A stretch of 64,000 nt of DNA from Octopus sinensis (taxonomy: Eukaryota). Numbering within the stretch: the first letter of the stretch is position 1; every line of letters begins with the position of its first letter. The stretch spans positions 5,332,001 to 5,396,000 of the forward strand of contig NC_043008.1 in NCBI RefSeq assembly GCF_006345805.1, in the 5' to 3' direction. Positions 47,873 to 59,843 of the stretch are shown here, piece by piece. The notes under the pieces were generated by a model that did no database searches, had not been told where the DNA came from, and saw nothing but the letters and a program-made list of their open reading frames with translations. The position numbers and the translations under genes are program-made.

Positions 47873-48683
47873 TCATTTACATTAAAAATATCCAGTATTT
47901 TTATTAAAACCTTCATAATTCTTGATTATTTCATAATTAACTGAGACACAGAACATTTCAATAGAAATATGGTTAGAAAAGAGTTGAACCTTTTCAAACC
48001 AACCAACCTATTAGTCTATTAGACTGCCATTAGTCTAATTATACAAAATCATAAGTTTTAAAGTTTTCAATATTTCAATTAAAACCTGCCATCATGATTT
48101 TATGTAAAAACTCTTAATGCAATCTTACAAAACACAATATTTATTGCAACAAATTAAACCATTTCCCTAAAACTTTTCAAAGTTTTGCTTTCTCTCAAAA
48201 TCAGTTGAATAGCTTACATATGGAAGGGTAAAATGATTAATGGAAACATCTAGATTTTTATCTAGACAAACTAAATTTGTTGAAGATTTAAAGACAGTAA
48301 CCCATTCATCTACAACTACAATTCCTTAATAATCTCAATTTCCTTCCTGAGGGAAAATGCAGGATCCTAGTGGGGAAGGGGATTTGAATGATTCTGATTA
48401 CGATGGTGTTAATGTGAAATAAATATAAAGCTGTTAATGTAATGCAACAAATTTAGTTGTGAATGAGAATATTTTTTCTTATTGTATGTGTATGTGTGCG
48501 ACAGGTGGAATCTGGATGATGATCTGAAAGAGGAGAGAAATATAGTAAAATGGTAAAGAAACACTACTGAAGAATTCACAAAACATTTATTCTTTTACTG
48601 AAATATCTGAATAAAAACCCTTACAAACTCTTTATTTCATTTTGTTTGCTTTAATAAGAAAAGACTGTAAAATGTCTACTTGC

Positions 48684-48764
48684 CAAGATTGTGTGCATGG
48701 GTCCGAAATGCAAATGGATAAATGACTCTCCTTGGAAATTTGCAGCTGACATCAATGTTGCTTA
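48684..48764 (-). CDS. PAM: PAM exon c (PHM CuM His ligands): SNIDVSCKFPRRVIYPFAFRTHAHNL(A)
   Basis: ttctttgcag acceptor; the phase-1 donor is G|GCAAGT (GC-AG intron). RTHxH equals R240/H242/H244 in rat numbering. Confidence 0.93.
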
Positions 48765-51700
48765 CTGCAAAGAACAAATGAGTTGAGTTAATAGAATAAC
48801 TAAAGTATAGTAATTACAGTTTGTGTTCACTAACTATCGTTGATTAATTCAATGATTATAATTAATTGATTCTCAATACTTATTTGGTACTGTCTGAAGG
48901 AATATTAAAATAACAATATTGATATCTGACAAGGGCACAAAGTCACAAATTTGGAAAGAAGGATATAATATTGACCCTCAATGTAAAAGGATATATCGAT
49001 AAATACTAAGCACATTTAGTTCATTGCTCTACCAATTCTGCCATCCACTGATCTGGATTAGTAAAATATTAAGGATTTATAAAATATGGATTTATTGAAT
49101 ATGAGCACCATACAAGTGTGATCGTTGACAGAGCAGCTATTCGAGTATGATCATTACCAGCGTCACCTTACTGGCACTTATGCCTGTGCTAGTAGAGTGT
49201 CAAGAGCACCATCCGAGTGTGATTGTTGCCAGAACAGCCAACTGGCTTCTGTACCCGTGACATGTAAAAGGGCACCATTCGAGCATGCTCGTTACCAACG
49301 TCGCTTCACTGACACGTGTAAAAAGATTCGAGTGAGGTTGTTGCCAGTGCTGCCTGACTGGCCCCCATGCCGGTGACACGTAAAAAGCACCCACTACACT
49401 CTCGGAGTGGTTGGCGTTAGGAAGGGCATCCAGCTGTTGAAACTCTGCCAGATCAAGATTGGAGCCTGGTGCAGCCATCTGGCTCGCCAGCCCTCAGTCA
49501 AAATCGTCCAACCCATGCTAGCATGGAAAGCGGACGTTAAATGATGATGATGATGATGGATAAAACCCTCAAAAGACAGATGATAAAGATGAATAGCATT
49601 ACCATGGCTACACTGATACCATTTGAGAAATTTGTTCTATTTCACTAATACACCTTCCTAAAATCAATGATTCTTTGCAGGAGGACAATGTTTTGGATTT
49701 ATAAGAGAATAGAAATAAGACTGCAAGACATTCGTGCTTTTAATGCTGAAATTGGTAGTACAAGTGAAATGAAAATGGCTGAAGGCAAGGATTAGAAATT
49801 TAACTCATGAAATGAATAGCTTTATTTCCAAACACAAAAGCCTACTTGAAGACAGTCACATAATTAAAATAATTCTATTTTTGTTCTCTTTAGTGAGTGT
49901 CTTTACTACAACCCTACTCAGTCAAGTATCTTTTCATTGTCTTGCAAGTTACTTGGCAACCTCACTAATGTCAGTGTCATGAAAAAAACACCCAACATAC
50001 TTTGTATGGCTAGATACCCTTGCATTAGAAAGGGTATCCAGCCACAGAAACCATATCAAAACAGACATAGGAGATCAACAGTCCTCCAGGTCATTGGATT
50101 CTGTCAAACTATCCAACTCATGCCAGCAATGAGGCATTAAATTATGATGATGATGATGAGTTGACCAGCCAGAACTTTCCACTTCCTCAGCTGTACATTG
50201 TTTTTCTCCTTTTTCACTCAACTCCTATATTACATGTACATGTCTTAATGCATATTTGTTTGTATATGTGTATTTATATATCTGTATAAATTACCGATAA
50301 ATTAAGCAGTGTTTCTATTTTGTACTTTAGAGTAAATCTTACAACATCCAACACTCTGTGTTTGCATGTGTGTGTTTAATTTACACTGAATTAAGCACAC
50401 AATTGAAAATAACTACCTATTATACACTCTCTTCATAGACACTAAAAGATTGTATGAAAAAATATAATCTGTATATGTATTTGTTTACATATATGTACAG
50501 ATACTTCTAACCTTTCCTATCTGTGGCATGCCTCTGTTTTTAATATTTTGTTACTTAGACCAATTGACCTATTACCTTCTTAATATCTAAACATTTCCTC
50601 TTCCTTCTACATTGCATCTGGCCATTTCCTCCTTCTCTTTTCACTATTGGCTTACATTCCCAAACTTCCCTAATGTTGCCACACATTTTGTTTTATTACT
50701 GTAATATTAACTGATTTCTTTGCCATCATAACTACCACTCGTCTCCTCTATCTCTAGATTGTTTTTTTTGTTTGTTTTTCTTTCCCCTTCTGTATTTCTG
50801 AATTACAGACAAGACCACAAGTTCAAATTTTGCTACAGACATTAACCTAGCTGAGAGTAGATGCAAAAATGTAATGGTTAAAACATACATAAGGCTTTGG
50901 ACAACCCAAAGCTATAGTAGAAGACACTTGCCCAAGGCAACGTGCAGTGGGATTGAATTAGAAACTGCATAGTTACAAAACAAACTTCTTAACCACTCTG
51001 CCATATCTATGTGCATTACATGCATGCACATCTGATGGTGAGTATATATTCTAGATCCATGAAACTCTAAGTATTGTGGAGCTGAATCAAACTATTTTAT
51101 ATGTACATGCATAAATGATAGGTAGACTCAATCAAAAATCTCTTCAGATTCGACAGCAATAGAAATTGTATCATTTTGCAAAAATAAAAATGCACAAAAT
51201 TTCATTCCATCTATGCCAGCACAAGATAAGAAAAGTAAAAAGAAAGGAAAAGAGAAAAGAAACCAAAATAGTGTATATTGTTATATTTCATGATGGTAAT
51301 TAAAAAAAAAAATGTTTTTATGCCAAATAAACACACGCACTCTATATTTGTTCTCCACTTGTTTATTACTGTTTTTATTTTAGCTCATGTCTATTGTCCA
51401 GAAATCTTTCATTACACATCTGTGATCTCTTCAGTGACACTTTCCATCCTTATGTGTGCTCTTGCTCTGCTCAGTCCATTCAGTTCTTTCATGATGTGTA
51501 TCCTTATATGCCCATGCGTTTGCATGTGTCATTGTTCTTAGTAGCACTATAACTCTCCCCTCAATCCTGTCCCATAAAAACATATGATAAAGACAAAGCC
51601 TTTACATAGTTGTTCGATCTGCTAAATGCAATAGCCGACCAACTTGATCACGGATCACCTGGGACTAAGCAACATTACAGACATTCCCAAACTCTGGCAT

Positions 51701-52469
51701 TACAGAAAAAAAAAAGATTTTTTAAAACTTAATATAATCTATTTTTAATCTTCCGTAAATTTACATTAAACATTCAGCTTACACACTAGTGTAATAAAAT
51801 AATTTTGGAATTTTTCACATTTAGCACCAGAATCTCTACCCATTTCTTCAACTGTTTATTCTTTTATTTTTTCCTGGTTTCAGCCATTGGCCTGTGGCCA
51901 TGCTGGAACACTACCTATAAAACTTTTAATCATATCAACCCTCAGTACATATTTCAGACAAGTACTTATTCTGTTGATTTCTATTTGCCAATCCCCTGGC
52001 ACCTGTGCCGGTAGCACATAAAAAGCACCAACCAATCATGGCCGTTGCCAGCCTCTTCTGGCCCCTTTGCCGGTGGCACGTAAAAAGCACCCAATACACT
52101 CACGGAGTGGTTGGCGTTAGGAAGGGCATCCAGCTGTAGAAACACTGCCAGATCAGACTGGAGCCTGGTGCAGCCTCCTGGCTTCCCAGACCCTGGTTGA
52201 ACTGTTCAACCCATGCTAGCATGGAAAATGGAGGTTAAACGATGATGATGATGATGAAATTGCTAGTTTAAGGGACATAAAGAGACTTGACATAAGAAAT
52301 ATTAGTTTTTATAAACACACATACATATCTTTCACCTTTTACTTGTTTCAGACATTAAACTGTGGCCATGCTGGGGCACTTCCTTGAAGAATTTTAGTCG
52401 AATGCATTGATCCCAGTACTTATTCTACTTGTCTTGTTTTCCAGGGACATAAACACACCAACATTGGCA

Positions 52470-52640
52470 GTCTCGTCCCTTTTGTTGAACCTTTGCTCCG
52501 AAAGAATCAAAATGGATTCAGATATGGGCGCTCAACGTTGAGCCAAATACTATGCCTACGCAGACTCACTGAAGAATCAAAAGCATTTAATCACGATCTT
52601 GCAATGGTGTTTGTAGACTTTTCTAAAGCGTTCGACTGCC
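52470..52640 (+). mobile_element. Non-LTR RT internal fragment (probably RTE family B)
   Basis: Manual translation LVPFVEPLLRKNQNGFRYGRSTLSQILCLRRLTEES...FVDFSKAFDC (RT subdomains 2-3). Confidence 0.8.
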
Positions 52641-52921
52641 CTTAATATTACAATAATGATTTCAAGGATATGTAGTTATAAAGGATGGACTCTGATGAGA
52701 TTTGAATTATGAACATAAAGAACCATAATTAAATATGTCAAACCATTTTATCCAAAACTCCCCTCAATTCTGTCATCCCTCAACTTTGTCTTAACAGTAA
52801 TAGAAATATGGTACTAATCACAATAATAATCCTCAAGAATATAGAATTATCTGATCTGATTAAAATATAGAAAGTTTGAACATTAGATTTTTGAACAGTA
52901 CACTTGTTTCTTATAATATCT

Positions 52922-52962
<41 letters not shown>

Positions 52963-53180
52963 GATTAGGCAACACCTGGTTTGAAGCTACATACAACAGC
53001 TGTTTTTTATTATCCTCATAAAGAAGGAAAATTTCAACTGCTCTTTCATAAAACCTGCTACATTCTAGACAGAAAATACGTATAAATGTTTGTTCTAGAA
53101 GAAACTATCTCAACAATATGTAGAGTAGAAAGGCTGTTCGCATGTGATAAACAATGCTGTAATATATAATTTAACCTTAC

Positions 53181-53248
53181 GCGGAGTAGATTTGGGAATA
53201 AAACCATCATCAGAATCTAAAATAAAGATTCCTGCAGCATACTTCTGT
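53181..53248 (-). CDS. PAM: PAM exon b (PHM): QKYAAGIFILDSDDGFIPKSTP(L)
   Basis: tattttcag acceptor, GTAAGG donor, phase 2 to 1. Resembles the PHM AGxYL...IPP segment. Confidence 0.88.
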
Positions 53249-53284
53249 CTGAAAATACGAAAAAAAAAACATGTAATTAAAATA

Positions 53285-53790
53285 AAATAATAATGAAATT
53301 ATTGTATACAGTGCTCAGGTGCACAACAACTTGTCAAAAGTGCGTATAAAGAATATGCAGTAATGTACAAATATCTGGAAAGCGAACAGTGTATGAGTCA
53401 GATACATGCTTACGTGTGTATGGAGGGAAGAAAATCAGGTGTAGTGTTGGCGAATCTCAGGAAGCATGGAAGTTTTGAAGGATGCAGTGCTCCGACAACT
53501 AACAACTGATGCTGGCAGTTTGTTCCATATTTCAGCAACTCTTAGCATGAAAAAATGTTTCCGAAAGTCATAGGAGCTGTGCTGTTTTCTGACTTAGTAA
53601 ACATGTCCACAGGTGTTAGACAGGTGGAGTTTGATAAGGTGCTCAGAATTATTGTTTGTAGGATGGTTAATAATTTTATGGGTGTCTGCCAAGTCAGCTG
53701 CCAGACGTCGGAGTTTCAATGTATCCATGCCCGGGGAAGTAAGGCGTTCAGAATATGGCAAATGCCTGATGGAGAGTATTCTCTTAACTA
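53285..53790 (-). mobile_element. CR1 3' fragment
   Basis: Same family, reverse strand; tail at 53285. Confidence 0.9.
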
Positions 53791-54589
53791 GTCTTTATAT
53801 TAAATTAGGTAGCTGTAAAACTTTCAACTTAAAACAACATATGACTAAGTAGTCTTCATATGAAATTGAAAGTTATACAGCTACCAAGAACTAGTGTCAG
53901 CTTACAAGTGTGTTTATGTTTGAAGTACAGTATAATGTCAAACATCAGGTGAAGCCATCAACTACCATATTCGTTTAATGACAAATTAGAAGATATCCAG
54001 CACTTAACTATCAATAACAACAAAATAGTTTCATGTTCATGAACAATTGTTTCTTAATATAAACTGTTAATAAGCGTCTTTTTTCTTAGGCTGGAAAAAT
54101 GGATTGAATAACTAGATACAGACAACATAATGATGATTGAAGATTGCTATTTCAAGAAAACAGACAAGAGTGATAATCTGTCAATTGGTTTAATATAATC
54201 ATTTATCCCCTTGGTCCCTTTAGTAAAATCCACTTTGTTATCAAGCATTTAGGCTCAACCACCACTCTGTGGATAACTTTTTCCCCTCCAGTCATAAAAG
54301 CACTGAAAAAGGGTTGTAAAAATAGCCCTTCCACCTCTAACTAAGCCATAAAAAAGAGTGCAGAAAAGTGTTCTGTAGTCAAGCCTTTGTCAGGGACCAA
54401 ATTTATATTCTTTAGTGAGGCAGTCCTCAGGAATATGTTTGAGTATGGTGAGGAGTTTAGGAAGGGAAAAAAAGGTACACCTCTTAAGCAATAATGACTA
54501 AAGATCCAAATACATAACAGTTTATTTGTTGTAAAGAAAAGGTAAGCAATTTGAATTAGCAGGTACACAAAATATATACTGCCAAATAA

Positions 54590-55292
54590 TTGGGCATAAG
54601 AAGCATCGGATGCAGCGTGCAGGAGAGACGTTTGCGTTGGTATGGTCATGTACTATGGATGGATGAGGAGAGATGTGTAAAGTGCCACTCCCAACCTGTT
54701 GAAGGAATCCGGGGTAGAGGTAGACCCAGGAAGACATGGGACAAGGTGGTCAAGCATGACCTTCATACATTGAGCCTCACAGAGGCTATAACGAAAGACC
54801 GAGACCTCTGGAGATATGCTGTGACTTCGAAGACCTGACAAATGGAGTCCATGGCTTGCAGGACGGCCTGCTGTGCTAACCTTGGATCGTAGAGTGACCT
54901 GCTGTTCTTGAGGAGACCTATTGAGTCAAGTACGTTAACACCAACATCAAAATGAAAATCAAATGGAAATTGTAGTTAAGATATCCGTGCCGGTGACACG
55001 TTAAAAGCACCATCCGAACGTGGCAGTTGCCAGTGCTGCCTGACTGGCATCCGTGTCGGTGACACGTAAAAAGCACCAACCGATTGTGGCCATTTGCCAG
55101 CCTCATCTGGGCACGTAAAAAGCACCCACTACACTCTCAGAGTGGTTGTCATTAGGAAGGGCATCCAGCTGTAGAAACTCTGCCAGATCAGACTGGAGCC
55201 TGGTGCAGCCTCCTGGCTTCCCAGACCCCGGTCGAACCATCCAACCTATGCTAGCATGGAAAACGGACGTTAAACGATGATAATGATGATGA
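54590..55292 (+). mobile_element. RTE family A 3' end (subtype B UTR)
   Basis: ORF 54590..54838 (QERRLRWYGHV...GRGRPRKTW), then UTR and tail. Confidence 0.9.
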
Positions 55293-55673
55293 ATGTTGCT
55301 TTGCACAAAGATAATTCTGTTCCAATCCAAAATGCACAGTAACTGGGCTAACCTCATCCAGTATTCCTCCTGTCCACTAACCTAGGTTATGAAGTTATGA
55401 ACCTAAAATAGCCATTTCTTTCTCTTTTTCAGCCAACATATTAAGATAAATCCTGTCTTAAACATAAAATTCTGTTTTGGAGAGAACTCACATCAATCTG
55501 GTTGATTTACTTTTGTTTACTGGCAAAAGAAAAGACATATTGCCACTTCACAGCTTAGTTGTTGGAGATAAAGCTGTTGGTACTTCACATTAAGTACAGT
55601 TGTATGATTTAGTGAGTCTGTCCTATAAAATGAAAATAAGATAGAGAAATATGTTTTAGAATTTCAAACTCAC

Positions 55674-55725
55674 TTATGCTTTGTTACATATAGAGATAAT
55701 CCAGAATTATCTGCAGGCTGTGCAT
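55674..55725 (-). CDS. PAM: PAM exon a (PHM): xAQPADNSGLSLYVTKH(K)
   Basis: tattacag acceptor, GTGAGT donor, phase 1 to 2. Matches the PHM DxSGxxL segment; phase fits exon b. Confidence 0.85.
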
Positions 55726-55997
55726 CTGTAATATACAAATAAGAAAATAAGGAAGCAAAAATTTTTAAAAAGAGCATTTTTATTTTATCAATAAATACGA
55801 CAGTCAAATATCGAACATTTCACATCTGGAATATCATTTTCACATTTTGTCTGAAAAAAAGAAAGGAATCTTAGTTTCCCTAAGGTTTCATTGTAATCAA
55901 ATCAATGTAATTAGGAAACAGACAGTTGTTAGACAGAAACGTGTCATATGCAAATCCAAAGAATCAGTTTTCAACAGTCTCTTGACATATGCCATCT

Positions 55998-56563
55998 TTC
56001 ATCATCATCATCATCGTTTAACATCCGCTTTCCATGCTAGCATGGGTTGGACGGTTCGACCGCGGTCTGGGAAGCCAGGAGGCTGCACCAGTCTGATCTG
56101 GCAGTGTTTCTACAGCTGGATGCCCTTACTAACGCCAACCACTCTGTGAGTGTAGTGGGTGCTTTTTACATGCCACCGGCACGGAGGCCAGTTGAGGCGG
56201 CACTGGCAATGGCCACGTTCGGATGGATCATTTTACGTGCCACCGGCACTGGTATCACAGCTACAATTTCCATTGATTTTTTGATCGATTTCGATTTCAC
56301 TTGTCTTTGCAAGCAGAGTTTTGTGTCCCAAGAAGGAAAGGTATGCATAAGTGGACTGGCTATATCCCAAGTAAAGGTCATGGGCTCACTTGTCCTGCCG
56401 GATCTTCTCACACACAGCATATTTCCAAAGGTCTCGGTCACTAGTCATTGCCTCAGTGAGACCTAAAGTTCGAAGGTCATGCTTCACCACCTCGACCCAG
56501 GTTTTCCTGGGTCTACCACTTCCACAGGTTCCTTCAACTGCTAGGGTGTGGCATTTTTTCACA
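55998..56563 (-). mobile_element. RTE family A 3' end, inverted
   Basis: Reverse complement of the same RT end and UTR; (CAT)n at 55998. Confidence 0.9.
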
Positions 56564-59562
56564 CTCCATCACAATTAATGTAAAACCTCATTCTTCTACT
56601 CTGTTAGACACTCTCATCTCTCTTTCATTAATAATACAGATCCTCCCTTTTTTTTTTGTTTTCCTCTTCTATGGTAGTCCCTCACATAAATCCCTTGCAT
56701 TTAAAAAAAGAAAGAAAATGTAGTATTGGCTACCCAAGGGCTTAAAAAAATAGAAAGAGAAAATAGATGGGACGGCCATGTCTATTTGATTGGGACTGAC
56801 AATAACAACATACCTGACCTATTGAGTCGAGTACGTTAACACCAACATCAAAATGAAAATCAAATAGAAATTGTAGTTAAGATATCCGTGCCGGTGACAC
56901 GTTAAAAGCACCATCCGAACGTGGCAGTTGACAGCGCCGCCTGACTGGCGCCCATGTCAGTGACACGTAAAAGCACCAACCGATCGTGCCATTTGCCAGC
57001 CTCCTCTGGCCCCTATGCCGGTGGCACGTAAAAAGCACCCACTACACTCACAGAGTGGTTGGCATTAGGAAGGGCATCCAGCTGTAGAAACACTGCCAAA
57101 CCAGACTGGAGCCTGGTGCAGCCTCCTGGCTTCCCAGACCCAGGTCGAACCATCCAACCCATGCTAGCATGGAAAACGGACATTAAACGATGAAGATGAT
57201 GATGATGATGATGAACTAAGTAAGATTTTTAAGAAGTTAATGAGAGGTTCACTTTTACCCCAGTCCTCTATACTAGTCTCTTGCCATTATAGCCGACACA
57301 ATAAAGAGGTTTCCACAATGAAATTAGCTGATAGCCACATTCATTTAACACTTGATAGTCCCACTTGATAATTATACAGGCAAGTGAATTGAACTGGGTT
57401 CACTGAACAAAAGTAGTGTATGGAATACAATAATCTTACTCTCCCTAAATCTGGGAGTTGTCTGCCTGACAGCACCCATATCTATGAAACTTATCCTGAG
57501 CTAATAGTGCTTTCTAGTAATCCCAAGCCAATAATCTTATAACCCTATACTCCCTTTTAACTTTTAGACAAAAGGCAAGGCAGTGCCTATTACATTTTAG
57601 AGCCTCTGAGATCGGTTGGGGGAAAGGAGAAAGGTCCCTCCAAACTGGAGACTTAGCCTGAACACATGCAGTGAAATAGACTCTGCTGCTGAAGGCACTC
57701 AAGATGCCAGGGGTGGTCTTAAGCCAGTTAACATTAAGTCTATCATCCAAGCAGGCCACTGTAGGATTTGAACTCAGAATGCAAAGAACTTGAAAATCTT
57801 TCAGAAAAGCCACTTTCCTCAACTCTGAAAGAACTGTCAGTCATCATCATCATCATGATTGTTTAATGTCTGCTTTCCGTGCTAGCACGGGTTGGACGGT
57901 TCGACCGGGGTGTGGGAAGCCAAGAGGCTGCACCAGGCTCCAGTCTGATCTAGCAGTGTTTCTACAGCTTGATGCCCTTCCTAATGCCAACCACTCCGTG
58001 AGTGTAATGGGTGCTATTTAGGTGCCAGGCGAGGCTGGCAGTGGCCACGATCAGTTGGTGCTTTTTACGTGCCACTGGCACGGAGGCCAGTCGGGGCGGC
58101 ACTGGCAACGGCCATGTTCGGACGGTTCTTTTTACGTGCCACCGACACTGGTATCACAGCTACCATTTCCATTGATATTTTGATTGATTTCGATCAATAG
58201 CTATTCATATAGAGGTTAATTTCTGACCAAAGGAATCTGTTCCTTCCATGAAAAGTTAAAGAGCAGCTATTGTAATCTGGTTATAGTGACCAGCTGGTTC
58301 ACAAAATACTAAATGTCATATGCCATGGAATTGGATAACTATTCTTATACTGTATAATGCAACAGTCCAAACTCTGAAGACAAAAGTGGATCATGCTGCA
58401 ATTAGGAGAGACATCAAGCATCAGTGGCCATCCCTCATCATTATCATCATCATCGTTTAACGTCTGCTTTCCATGCTTGCATGGGTTGGACAATTTGACT
58501 CTGAGGGCTGGTGAACCAGATGGCTGCACCAGGCTCCAATCTTGATCTGGCAGAGTTTCTACAGCTGGATGCACTTCCTAATGTCAACCACTCCGAGAGT
58601 GTAGTGGGTGCTTTTTACGTGCCACCGGCATGGGGGCCAGTCAGGTGGTAGTGGCAATGACCCCACCATAATCTTTTTAAACATGCCACTGGTACAAGTG
58701 CCAATAAGGCGATGTTGGTAACGATCACGCTCGAATGGTGCCCTTTTACATGCCACGGCACAGGAGCCAGTCGGGCGGTACTGGCAATGACCTCACTTGA
58801 ATCTTTTTACATATGCCACCGGCATAGGTGCCAGTAAGGCAACGTTGGTAACGATCACGCTCGAATGGTGCCCTTTTATGTGCCACCAGCACCGAGCGAG
58901 TTGGCTGCTCTGGCAACGATCACACTACTACTAGCTCTGTCAATGATCACCCTCGTATGGTGCTCTTTGCACCCTGCTAGCACGGATGCCAGTCATCAAA
59001 TTTGATTTTGATTTCACAAAACACTATTGATTCAAATAAGTCAAAGCCTCCCCTGAAACTGAATCATCTTCCTAGACTCTCTAAGGAGTCCTATGTAAAG
59101 GTTCAGGTTGTTTTGAATAGACCTTTCTGAAATTTCATGAGTTTATGCAGGGTTGGCTACAAAGACAATTACCAACATCTTGACTAACATCTTAGAAAGT
59201 TATGAACCTAAGAAATTATCCACAACATTATCTACAATAGGTACAGGAGTGGCTGTGTGGTAAGAAGCTTGCTTCCCAACAACATGGTTCCGAGTTCAGT
59301 TCCACTGCGTGGCACATTGGGCAAGTGTCTTCTACTATAGCCTCAGGCTGACCAAAGCCTTGTGAGTGGATTTGATAGATGGAAACTGAAAGAAGCCTGT
59401 TGTATACACACACACATATATATGTATGTATGTGTTTGTTGTTTGTGTCTGCCACCCCACCATCACTTGACAAGCGATGTTAGTGTGTTTACGTACCCGT
59501 CACTTAGCTGTTTGGCAAAAATAGACCAATAGAATAAGTACTAGACTTACAAAGAATAAGTC

Positions 59563-59843
59563 TTTCAGAAACATTTTTTCACGCTGAGAGTTGCTGAAGC
59601 ATGGAACAAACTGCCAGCATCAGTTGTTAGTTGTCGGGGCACTGCATCTTTCAAAACTTCCGTGCTTCCTGAGATTCACCAACACTACACCTGATTTTCT
59701 CCCCTCCATACACACGCAAGCATGTATCTGACTCATACACTGTTCACTTTCCAGACATTTGTACATTACTGCATATGCTTTATACGCACTTTTGACAAGT
59801 TGTGATGCACCTGAGCACTGTATACAATAATTTCATTATTATT
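59563..59843 (+). mobile_element. CR1 3' fragment nested in a SINE
   Basis: Flanked by the 7-bp duplication ataagtc (59556-59562 and 59844-59850). Confidence 0.9.

Larger units (their letters stand above)
3501..55725 (-). other. PAM: PAM gene body (partial, open at both ends): bifunctional PHM + PAL amidating enzyme, 14 exons in window
   Basis: 14 exons with AG acceptors and GT donors (one GC) join in frame with matching phases. The product shows PHM motifs (FRTHAH, WPQAFYP, ARC, DEMCNFY) followed by PAL motifs (FHRG, MPHG, DGYCNSR, DRxNGRIQCF). Confidence 0.96.

Noticed and set aside
57380-57490. Possible upstream PHM exon (IHY, resembling LQVHY/H172)
   Set aside because: No VGF/LQ context or compatible splice sites. 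The N-terminal PHM exons appear to lie beyond 64000.
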